Positions 1-7,134 of a stretch of DNA of 32,000 nt are shown here, in pieces; within the stretch, counting starts at the first letter, position 1, and each line of letters opens with the position of its first letter. Made by a program: the position numbers and the translations under genes. The notes under the pieces were generated by a model. That model had not been told where the DNA came from, searched no databases, and saw only the letters and a program-made list of their open reading frames with translations. The DNA lies in assembly GCA_910586295.1 (NCBI GenBank), contig CAJUGE010000062.1, positions 1 through 32,000 on the forward strand, written 5' to 3'. The stretch comes from an uncultured Bacilli bacterium. GTDB taxonomy: Bacteria; Bacillota_I; Bacilli_A; RF39; UBA660.

Positions 1-140
1 AAGTTACTTATTAACATATTAGTTGCATTGTATTTTCCTGTAGATATAGTAAATACACCATATGTTAATCCTATTACTGTGGTTAGTACACAAGTCATTA
101 TTAAGCTTAAAGTTACTTTACTTTTTATTCTTCTTCTCAT
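1..140 (-). CDS. Partial CDS, N-terminus only, running off the left edge. A basic N-terminus is followed by a hydrophobic segment, so this is a membrane or secreted protein.
   Basis: Too short in the window to appear in the ORF track. The reverse strand has ATG at 140..138 preceded by a GAAGGAGAG RBS. It reads MRRRIKSKVTLSLIMTCVLTTVIGLTYGVFTISTG... and stays open to base 1. Confidence 0.4.
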   Translation of the reverse strand, partial: MRRRIKSKVTLSLIMTCVLTTVIGLTYGVFTISTGKYNATNMLISN

Positions 141-174
141 ATCTTCTCTCCTTCGTCTCTTTTTTTAGAGACTA

Positions 175-396
175 TCAACGTAAAAAAATATCGTTATATT
201 GCACTTCTAATGCCTTAAGTATTTGTATAACTTCCTCTGGTGTAAAATCTACTGTGACATATTTCTTGCCATTTTTTTCTTTATAAGAACACATTTCTTT
301 TTTATTATAGATTTCTGGAGATATATTTATTAATCTTGCCATATCCTCTTGGGTTAAACCTTTTTTCTTACGAATTTCTATTAACTTTTTATACAT
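175..396 (-). CDS. XRE-family helix-turn-helix transcriptional regulator (73 aa)
   Basis: ORF track. LIEIRKKKGLTQEDMARLINISPEIY is a typical Cro/cI-type HTH. A GAGGTGA RBS lies just upstream of the ATG. Confidence 0.75.
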   Translation of the reverse strand: MYKKLIEIRKKKGLTQEDMARLINISPEIYNKKEMCSYKEKNGKKYVTVDFTPEEVIQILKALEVQYNDIFLR

Positions 397-433
397 TTTA
401 AATCACCTCTAGTCTCTAATTTTGGCTACTTAT

Positions 434-462
434 AATATAACACTCACGAAACGATTTGTCAA
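434..462 (-). promoter_or_regulatory. Sigma-A type promoter for the 175..396 regulator
   Basis: Reverse strand: TTGACA (462..457), a 17-nt spacer, then TATATT (439..434), with TG at the extended -10 position. Confidence 0.55.
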
Positions 463-585
463 TTAAACTAACAATTTATTTCTCAAAAAGATTTTTTGTT
501 GGTTTTTAGGGTACAATAAATGGTATTATAATGTTGCTTTTTAGATACTTTTAACTTATAATTTAATTGGAAGGTGTATGATAAC

Positions 586-885
586 ATGGCAAAAGACAAT
601 AACCTTGATAGAGCTTTATATATTGCTATAGCGACTATTTTAAAAAGAATAAGAATTGAAAAGGGTATAAGTTTAGAAGAACTTGCTAATAGAATGGATA
701 TATACACTACTAAGCAAAATTTATCAAAATATGAGAATGCTTTACTTAGAATAAATGTTCAAACATTTAATTCCTATTGCTTAGCATTAAATGAAAATCC
801 TGGAAAAGTATGGCAGGAAATTAACGAATTTTATTATACTTCTAACTTTAAGGATATAAAACATAAAGGAGATTCAAATCATTGA
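586..885 (+). CDS. XRE-family helix-turn-helix transcriptional regulator (99 aa from ATG 586)
   Basis: The track ORF starts at GTG 574, which lies inside the GGAAGGTG RBS, so ATG 586 (9 nt downstream) is the better start. ILKRIRIEKGISLEELANRMDIYTTKQNLSKYENA is an XRE-type HTH. The gene is divergent from 175..396. Confidence 0.75.
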   Translation: MAKDNNLDRALYIAIATILKRIRIEKGISLEELANRMDIYTTKQNLSKYENALLRINVQTFNSYCLALNENPGKVWQEINEFYYTSNFKDIKHKGDSNH

Positions 886-899
886 ATCTCCTTTATTTA
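868..899. terminator. Bidirectional rho-independent terminator between convergent genes
   Basis: Perfect 10-bp stem GGAGATTCAA/TTGAATCTCC (868..877 and 882..891) with a 4-nt loop. T-rich tracts follow it on both strands. Confidence 0.65.
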
Positions 900-1271
900 T
901 TATTCTACTTTCTTTATTTTCGCTTTAGCTACAAATGACATTCTCCACATATTTGTAGATATTGTAAATTTAATTTCTCTCTTGTCATCGCTAAGAGTTA
1001 TTTCCTTATTTGCTTTATCACCAATTTTATTAAAATATACTTGATGAGTTCCATAAGGGACATCAAAAGTTAATGTTTCTCCATTGCTTATTGTTCCCAT
1101 TTCTCTTTCATCTATGAATATTTTAAATGGTATAGCACATCCATAAAAATTAGATTTTCTGTGTACTATTATTTTTCCAAATTTCATGTCAGCATATTCT
1201 GTTTTTGCTCCACAACCTTGGCAAAATTTTTCTCCTACAGTAACTTCTACTCCACATTTTTTACATTTCAT
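900..1271 (-). CDS. Zinc-ribbon domain protein (123 aa)
   Basis: ORF track. N-terminal CxxC-x10-CxxC (MKCKKCG...FCQGCG), followed by a beta-rich domain of unknown function. Confidence 0.6.
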   Translation of the reverse strand: MKCKKCGVEVTVGEKFCQGCGAKTEYADMKFGKIIVHRKSNFYGCAIPFKIFIDEREMGTISNGETLTFDVPYGTHQVYFNKIGDKANKEITLSDDKREIKFTISTNMWRMSFVAKAKIKKVE

Positions 1272-1861
1272 TATTTTTCACTCCCTTGTATTTCTTTAAC
1301 TTCTTTTACTACTTTGTCTAATTTCTTAATTTTAATGAGTATTAGAACACTATATATTATATTACATATTTCTGAGACTAGCAATATTACTCCAGAAGTT
1401 ATTACAACAATTTCTGTTGTTTCAAATGGATTTAAGATTATTACTATACCTAAGATAATTGCTAGACTAGATATAATTACACCTAAAAACCAGTTTGAAT
1501 ATTCTATTTCTTTTAGGCTTAGTGATATTTGAAGTTTAGATACATTTATAAATATTATAATAAGTCCTATTATTATGAAGAATAAGTCTCTAAGTATTTC
1601 TCCTTTAAATATAAAAAGTATTCCTATTGAAAGTTCCATAAGTCCTTTAAGTAGTCCGTAGTTAAATAGTCTTTCATCTTCTGGTGCTCTAAAGTAGTTC
1701 ATAAAATCTATTGTTCCTATAAGTATAAGTACTATTCCAATTACTTTTATTAAGTTAGATATTATTTCATTTGGTCTCATTATTATAAATACTGATAATA
1801 GAATTAATAATAATGATATAAATATTCCTTTAATTTCTCTTTTTTTAATTATTTCTTTCAT
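1271..1861 (-). CDS. DUF308/HdeD-like multi-pass membrane protein (196 aa)
   Basis: ORF track. About six hydrophobic helices in the repeating pattern typical of HdeD-like proteins. Its stop abuts the start of the downstream zinc-ribbon gene. Confidence 0.55.
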   Translation of the reverse strand: MKEIIKKREIKGIFISLLLILLSVFIIMRPNEIISNLIKVIGIVLILIGTIDFMNYFRAPEDERLFNYGLLKGLMELSIGILFIFKGEILRDLFFIIIGLIIIFINVSKLQISLSLKEIEYSNWFLGVIISSLAIILGIVIILNPFETTEIVVITSGVILLVSEICNIIYSVLILIKIKKLDKVVKEVKEIQGSEK

Positions 1862-1912
1862 TACATTTCTCCTTCTTATGATTATTATAACACGAGTTCT
1901 ATGCTTTTTAAA

Positions 1913-2662
1913 TTAGTGATGAAAATATAATTCATTTTTATAAATTACTTTATTAAGATATAGTCCCTTGGGACTTGCTTTTATTCCTAAAGAAGTTCTA
2001 TTTTTACTTTCTAAGATTTTTGGAATATCTTGTATAGTTTTTTTATTCTCATTTATATCTATGAATAAACCTATTATGTTTCTAATCATGTACTTTAAGA
2101 ATCCATCTGCACATATAGATATTTTTATTAAATTATTTTCTTCTTCTATCCTTATATATTCGATTGTCCTTGTGTAGTCCTGTTTTTCGTCATCTGATGT
2201 AAAACTTTTAAAGTCGTGTGTTCCTATAAGATAGTTGGAAGCATTTTTTAATAAGTTTATGTTCAATGATTTGTTGTATTCTAATTCATAGTTTCTTTTT
2301 GTTACTGAGTATTCTCCTTGATTAATTATATAAATATATTCTTTGGATTTTACATTATATCTTGCATGAAAATCATTTTCAACTTTTGTTATTCCAAATA
2401 TATGTATGTCTTCTGGTGTTATTTTTTCTAGACTATTAGTAAATTTACTTTCGTCTATATTTTTATCTGTATCAAAGTGAAAATAAAATATATTAGCATG
2501 TACTCCTTTGTCTGTTCTTGAGCAAGGTGTTATATTGCTCTTTGTGTTCAATATTTTAGAAATACATTCTTCTAATGTTCCACAGACAGTTCTTTTGTTA
2601 GGTTGTTTTGCAGAGCCATAGAATGCTAGCCCATCATAACTACAAGAGCATAGGTATCTCAT
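1913..2662 (-). CDS. truA: tRNA pseudouridine(38-40) synthase TruA
   Basis: ORF track. Contains the catalytic-Asp motif SRTDKGVHA. It sits immediately after ecfT, as in many Firmicutes, with a 4-nt overlap with ecfT. Confidence 0.85.
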   Translation of the reverse strand: MRYLCSCSYDGLAFYGSAKQPNKRTVCGTLEECISKILNTKSNITPCSRTDKGVHANIFYFHFDTDKNIDESKFTNSLEKITPEDIHIFGITKVENDFHARYNVKSKEYIYIINQGEYSVTKRNYELEYNKSLNINLLKNASNYLIGTHDFKSFTSDDEKQDYTRTIEYIRIEEENNLIKISICADGFLKYMIRNIIGLFIDINENKKTIQDIPKILESKNRTSLGIKASPKGLYLNKVIYKNELYFHH

Positions 2663-3414
2663 ATTATACCTACTTCTATTACATATGATGCTATGAATAC
2701 GATGTGCACTGCTGTTATTAGTAAATCTAAGAATCCAATAGGATTAGTCCTTAAATTTGTTCTAAATTTTGTTATTTTGTACATCCTTAGTTCACTAGCA
2801 AAACTTTCTTTTTTTATTTTTTCTAAAGTTAGTCTTAATGTGTTTTTAAATGAACTTATTAGAACATTAATTCTTGCTATTATATCGGAATGAAAGTAGT
2901 CTAGTCCTCTTTCTGAAGCACTTTTTAGTACATTATATTCTGTTGTAAATAGTAAAGGAAAGAATCTTATTATACTTACAATTGTATTAGAAACTTTTCC
3001 AAGATTAAAGTTGAATAGATTGAATGGACTTAAAGTTTTTTCTATTCCATATTTTAATTCACTTGGACTTGTTGTGTAGAATATAAGTGCTAAGTATTCT
3101 ATTATTGAAGTGAATTTTATAAGTATTACTAGTGCTTCTTCTAATGATAGGCCTTTACTTGCTAGTGAGAAAAGTATTATTATGTATATATATCTTAGGC
3201 CATATAGCATATCTAAATAGAATTTAAGTGGTACATTACTTGAATATATTAGCATAAATATAAAGAACAGTATTACAATATGTAGTTTTAAAGACATGCT
3301 TCCTATCATTGGAATTATGAATAAAAATAGGCATATGAATTTCATTATTGGATTTAATTTATGTATACTGCTTTCTACTGGGTAAAATGAACCAAAATAT
3401 TTATTACTTTGCAT
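2659..3414 (-). CDS. ecfT: Energy-coupling factor transporter transmembrane subunit EcfT
   Basis: ORF track. Polytopic membrane protein with an ERG coupling-helix-like motif (SASERGLDYF). Conserved ecfA-ecfA-ecfT-truA order with overlapping, translationally coupled junctions. Confidence 0.8.
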   Translation of the reverse strand: MQSNKYFGSFYPVESSIHKLNPIMKFICLFLFIIPMIGSMSLKLHIVILFFIFMLIYSSNVPLKFYLDMLYGLRYIYIIILFSLASKGLSLEEALVILIKFTSIIEYLALIFYTTSPSELKYGIEKTLSPFNLFNFNLGKVSNTIVSIIRFFPLLFTTEYNVLKSASERGLDYFHSDIIARINVLISSFKNTLRLTLEKIKKESFASELRMYKITKFRTNLRTNPIGFLDLLITAVHIVFIASYVIEVGII

Positions 3415-4246
3415 TTCTATATACCTCCTTTATTAAGTCTAGTATGTTATTAGTGTAAGATAAGTTTATGTTTTTCTTTTGAGCTAAGCTTATAAATTTT
3501 ACTATTTCTGGTGCTTTAAGTCCATATGTATTTAGAAGTGTTTCGTCATTCATTAAGTCTCTTGTTCCACTTGATACTAGTGTTCCTTTATATAGAATGT
3601 GCACTTTTTCTGCTACAGCATAAGCGAAGTCTGTATCTTTAGTTAGTATTATAACTGTCTTTTTATATTTTTCTTTTAGTAGTTTTATTAATTTTTTTAG
3701 TTCTTCTTTTTCTTTTGAACTTACGCCTATTGTTGGCTCTTCTAAAATTATAACTTTAGGATTAAAAATTAGTATAGAGGCTAAAGCTATTTTCTTTTTT
3801 TCTGTTAATGATAAGGAATTTATTTTTCTGTCTAGGTAGTCTTCAGTAAGTCCTACTAGTTTGAGTGCTTCTGTACATCTTATGTCTTTTTTGTTTAGTT
3901 TGTATTTAAAGTATGTGAGTCCAAATGATAATTCTCCTCTTACTGTCTTGTTAAATAGCATGTCATTTGGGTTCTTCTTTACATGTCCAACGTTCATTCT
4001 TAGAGTGTTTACATTTTTTATTTTTTTTCCATCGTTTTGAAATTTTCCTATTTTGATAGTTCCAATATAAGGAAAATCAATTGCATTTATGAGGTTTCCT
4101 ATTACTTTTATTCCACTTAGAGAATCACCAAGAAATGTAGTTATTTCTCCTGAATTTATTTTGCAAGAGAAGTTTTTTAGGTGCGTAAGTTCTAGCGGTG
4201 TTCCAATGTTTTCTTTGTATGTTACATTATTAAAACTTATATCCAT
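3404..4246 (-). CDS. ecfA2: ECF transporter ATPase subunit homolog (EcfA2 position) with degenerate catalytic motifs
   Basis: ORF track. The ABC ATPase fold is recognisable (Walker B-like VIILEEPT and the C-terminal EcfA-type helical extension). The other motifs are degenerate: Walker A reads GDSLSGIK, the signature reads LSLTE, the Q-loop Q is K, and the H-loop H is K. Confidence 0.7.
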   Translation of the reverse strand: MDISFNNVTYKENIGTPLELTHLKNFSCKINSGEITTFLGDSLSGIKVIGNLINAIDFPYIGTIKIGKFQNDGKKIKNVNTLRMNVGHVKKNPNDMLFNKTVRGELSFGLTYFKYKLNKKDIRCTEALKLVGLTEDYLDRKINSLSLTEKKKIALASILIFNPKVIILEEPTIGVSSKEKEELKKLIKLLKEKYKKTVIILTKDTDFAYAVAEKVHILYKGTLVSSGTRDLMNDETLLNTYGLKAPEIVKFISLAQKKNINLSYTNNILDLIKEVYRNAK

Positions 4247-5004
4247 ATTGATTTCACCAAGCTTTCATATGATAGATTGTAGTCTCTTATTAGTTCATAA
4301 TCTTTTAAGTATTTATTTAGTTGAATAATAAATGGTAGGCTATACCCTAATCTTTTCATGAGTTTTTCTTCGTTTAGAACACTCATAGTGTTTCCACTTA
4401 GTAATACTTTCTTATCACTAGTGATTATTATGTCAGTTCCAAGTAAAGTTTCTTCTATTTCTGTTGTAAAGTTTAATATTATACCATTGTTTTTTGTGTA
4501 TTGTTTGAGTGCTTTGTAAACTTTTTCTTTGTCGTTTTCGTCAAGTAGTGACAACATATTGTCTATTACTAATATTCTTGGATTTGTTACGAGACAGCTT
4601 GCTAGAGAAAGTTTCACTTTGGCAGAGTCACTTAAACTTTTAGGACTTTTTTCCAAAACTTTTGTTAAGCCAAACATTATAGATATACTTTCTATTCGAC
4701 TCATCATTTCATGTTTTGGAATAGCTAGGCTTTCTAAACCATAGGCTAGTTCATCTCTTACTGTTTCTGCTAAAAATGTTTCAAACATGGAAAAGCAAGA
4801 AAACGTTACTAGTCTTCTTAGTTTATCAATAGTTTTGTTAGTTATTTTTGCATAGTTAATAACAATATATTCGTTAGGAGTTTTATACATTAGATTATCT
4901 ACTATCTCTTTGTTTTTTTCTCCTAAAATTGTTATAAAATCCCCTACATTAGCACCAAAACTCATTTCGTCGTTCTCGATGTATTCAAAATATTTAAAGT
5001 TCAT
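4237..5004 (-). CDS. ecfA1: ECF transporter ATPase subunit homolog (EcfA1 position) with degenerate catalytic motifs
   Basis: ORF track. Collinear with EcfA1 (AETVRDELAYGLES, LPFIIQL tail). The Walker A region reads GEKNKEIV, the signature LSDSA, Walker B ILVIDN (catalytic E is N), and the H-loop FTTE. Confidence 0.65.
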   Translation of the reverse strand: MNFKYFEYIENDEMSFGANVGDFITILGEKNKEIVDNLMYKTPNEYIVINYAKITNKTIDKLRRLVTFSCFSMFETFLAETVRDELAYGLESLAIPKHEMMSRIESISIMFGLTKVLEKSPKSLSDSAKVKLSLASCLVTNPRILVIDNMLSLLDENDKEKVYKALKQYTKNNGIILNFTTEIEETLLGTDIIITSDKKVLLSGNTMSVLNEEKLMKRLGYSLPFIIQLNKYLKDYELIRDYNLSYESLVKSIWI

Positions 5005-5022
5005 TTATTACCACCTAGGTTT

Positions 5023-5052
5023 ATTATACTATGCTAATGTAGTTTTAGTCAA
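5023..5052 (-). promoter_or_regulatory. Sigma-A type promoter of the ecf-truA operon
   Basis: Reverse strand: TTGACT (5052..5047), an 18-nt spacer, then TATAAT (5028..5023). An AGGTGG RBS and ATG 5004 follow. The -35 element overlaps the stop codon of the upstream MutS-like ORF. Confidence 0.55.
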
Positions 5053-5459
5053 AGTGTATTTAGAAATTCTAATAGTTTGTCATAATTTACAAAGCTAGTT
5101 TTAATTTTGTCTTCTACTAAAGATTTTATTTCGCTTAGTTTTCCATCTGTTTCATAATTGCTCATTGCACTTGTTTTGTAGTCTTTGTATGTATTTTCTC
5201 CAGTTGATGTGTAGTTATTTATGTCACTTTCGTTATTTACTACTACTACACTTATTCCAAGTCTTGTGAGTTTACTTACGACACTTGCGAATACTGATAT
5301 TGGAAAACAAACCCTGCCTTCTTTGACTAGATAACCAAATAATCCCCAGAGAAGTATTGCATCGTTATCGAATGTTTTGTAGAAATTTCCACTTTTTACT
5401 AATACTACTTTTTCTTCGTTTTGCATTTTTATTAATTTGTATAAACTTTCTTTTGTCAT
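5049..5459 (-). CDS. Small MutS-domain-I-like protein (136 aa), probable accessory ORF of the RT cassette
   Basis: ORF track. VVLVKSGNFYKTFDNDAILLWGLFGY...RVCFPISVFASVVSKLTRLGISVVVV follows the MutS N-terminal mismatch-binding domain pattern (GDFYE-F--DA......L-----------P-------Y---L---G--V). It starts 12 nt after the RT stop and has its own GAAAGGAAA RBS. Confidence 0.55.
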   Translation of the reverse strand: MTKESLYKLIKMQNEEKVVLVKSGNFYKTFDNDAILLWGLFGYLVKEGRVCFPISVFASVVSKLTRLGISVVVVNNESDINNYTSTGENTYKDYKTSAMSNYETDGKLSEIKSLVEDKIKTSFVNYDKLLEFLNTL

Positions 5460-5470
5460 ATTTTTCCTTT

Positions 5471-6598
5471 CTATAATTCCATCATTTTTTGATAAAGGCT
5501 AGTGTTACATTTTTGCAAGTAGCCTTTGTAGCTAGATTTACTTTTTTCATATTTTTCGTAATCAAATCTTTTTAAGTTTTTTAGTCTTCTTTTTATTCTT
5601 TTTGCTGTTTGAGCGTTATATCTTATATATAGTTTAGTAAATTTTTTGTTGTTTTTAAATGTATAACCAAGAAATGATACTCCATTAGATAGCCTATATA
5701 AGTTGCTCTTCTTATTGGTTTTAAGTTTTAAGCTTTCTATTTTTTCTTTGATTTTTATGTATCCTTCTTTAAGTCTATCTTTGTCAGTGTCCATTATTAT
5801 AAGGTCATCCATGTAGCGTATGTAATTTTTAAATTTTAATTTTTCTTTTATGTAATGGTCTACTTCACTAAGGTAATAGACTGCTAGTATTTGGCTTGTC
5901 ATATTTCCGATTGGTAAACCTTTTTTGTTATAATACATTGGAATTGAGTCTAAGGTTTCGATTTTGTGCTTTTTTGAATTTTCTGCTATGTTAAGGTTAT
6001 TTACTCTTCTTTTTTCTTTTGTTACTAATCGTTTTACTTCGTTATTTATGTAAGCATAGTTTGTAGTGTCTATGATATCGTCTATTATCTTGAGAGCGTA
6101 TTTATCTTTTATTTTTTTTCTTACTAGCATTTTACATATTTCGTGGTCTATGTTATAAAAGTATTTAGATATATCGATTTTCAAAATATATATTTCTTTT
6201 TTCTCTCTAAATAGTCTATTTGAATATTTTAAGAATAGTTTAAAAGCATGTGCACTTCCTTTTTCGTATCTTGTTGCAACGTTAGAATCAATAAGTGAGG
6301 AGTCTAATGTAGGTAATAGTATGTATTTTGCTACTAAGTGATTTACTATTTTATCTTCTATTTTTTCACTCATGATTAATCTGTATTTTGGCTCGTTTAT
6401 TATGAATATTCTGTATTTATCAAATTTATAGTTCAATGTTTCTAACTTTTTTATTATTTCTTGAATGTTTTGGTTTAAATTTAGTGAGAAACGATATACT
6501 TCTTTTTTGTTTTTACAGTTGTGTTTGATTGTATTATACATTTCTAATGCGTGTTCAGTTTTTAATATTTCTTTATATAGATGATTCTTTCTCTTCAT
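5471..6598 (-). CDS. Reverse transcriptase, diversity-generating-retroelement (DGR) type (375 aa)
   Basis: ORF track. Motifs seen: FIINEPKYRLI...EDKIVNH (RT1/2), LKIDISKYFYNIDHE (motif A), GLPIGNMTSQILAVYYL (motif B, with the I/LGxxxSQ signature typical of DGR RTs; 5891..5911), YIRYMDDLII (motif C, YMDD at 5804..5815) and FLGYTF (motif E). Confidence 0.85.
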   Translation of the reverse strand: MKRKNHLYKEILKTEHALEMYNTIKHNCKNKKEVYRFSLNLNQNIQEIIKKLETLNYKFDKYRIFIINEPKYRLIMSEKIEDKIVNHLVAKYILLPTLDSSLIDSNVATRYEKGSAHAFKLFLKYSNRLFREKKEIYILKIDISKYFYNIDHEICKMLVRKKIKDKYALKIIDDIIDTTNYAYINNEVKRLVTKEKRRVNNLNIAENSKKHKIETLDSIPMYYNKKGLPIGNMTSQILAVYYLSEVDHYIKEKLKFKNYIRYMDDLIIMDTDKDRLKEGYIKIKEKIESLKLKTNKKSNLYRLSNGVSFLGYTFKNNKKFTKLYIRYNAQTAKRIKRRLKNLKRFDYEKYEKSKSSYKGYLQKCNTSLYQKMMEL

Positions 6599-6926
6599 TG
6601 TTTATCCATCCATATGTCATTTTTCTTATTTCATTTAAGCAGTTGATAAATGAGTCAAAGCGTTTTTTCTTTATTATTCCTTTGTCTAGTATGCGACCTA
6701 TGTAGTAATCAATCAAACTTATATTGGTTAGTATTTCTTTTTGATATTTGCTTCTTATGTTTCCTTTGTTTAGATTTGCACGTATGCAGTTTTCTATTAG
6801 TGAGTACATGTTGTCTTCTAATTTTATTTTTAGGGCTAAGTGTATTTTGGGAAATGATGTAAATACATAGTTTTCGGCATAGTCAAGTAGCCATTTGACT
6901 TTGTCTAGTATTTTAAATTCTTTCAT
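6573..6926 (-). CDS. avd: Avd-like four-helix-bundle protein (117 aa, accessory variability determinant / 23S-IVS protein family)
   Basis: ORF track. Size, basic charge and the pattern ...FPK..L.....L......I.E.I..AN........Q......L...........I.KM..GW match Avd-type proteins. It overlaps the RT start by 26 nt. Confidence 0.65.
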   Translation of the reverse strand: MKEFKILDKVKWLLDYAENYVFTSFPKIHLALKIKLEDNMYSLIENCIRANLNKGNIRSKYQKEILTNISLIDYYIGRILDKGIIKKKRFDSFINCLNEIRKMTYGWINNEEKESSI

Positions 6927-7009
6927 GTTCTCCTTTCTTTATTACATCTTCTATAATAAAAGAAAGATAGTAATAAGCTTACTACCTTTTTTACTACCTT
7001 TATATAAAA

Positions 7010-7038
7010 ATTTTATCATAATTTGTCTGATAACGCAA
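7010..7038 (-). promoter_or_regulatory. Sigma-A type promoter of the avd-RT-MutS-like cassette
   Basis: Reverse strand: TTGCGT (7038..7033), a 17-nt spacer, then TAAAAT (7015..7010) with an extended -10 TG (TGATAAAAT). This leaves a leader of about 75 nt containing a hairpin at 6966..6986. Confidence 0.5.
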
Positions 7039-7134
7039 TAGTCATTTGTTTAGTGATTTCATAAAATTAATTTTATGTTCTTGCTTTCTTTCTTATATTT
7101 TTATAATATAAGCTATAGGAGGAGGTTTTGCTTT

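Noticed and set aside
151-175. GTCTCT-TTTTTT-AGAGAC hairpin after the 175..396 gene, considered as a terminator
   Set aside because: The stem is only 6 bp, and no U-tract follows it on the transcribed (minus) strand. It immediately precedes the RBS of the next gene, so read-through is more likely.
6987-7010. Short direct repeat (GGTAGTAA twice on the minus strand) in the avd leader, considered as a possible DGR template repeat
   Set aside because: It is only 8 nt per copy and both copies lie in the same leader. It is far too short for a TR/VR pair, and no target gene is involved.
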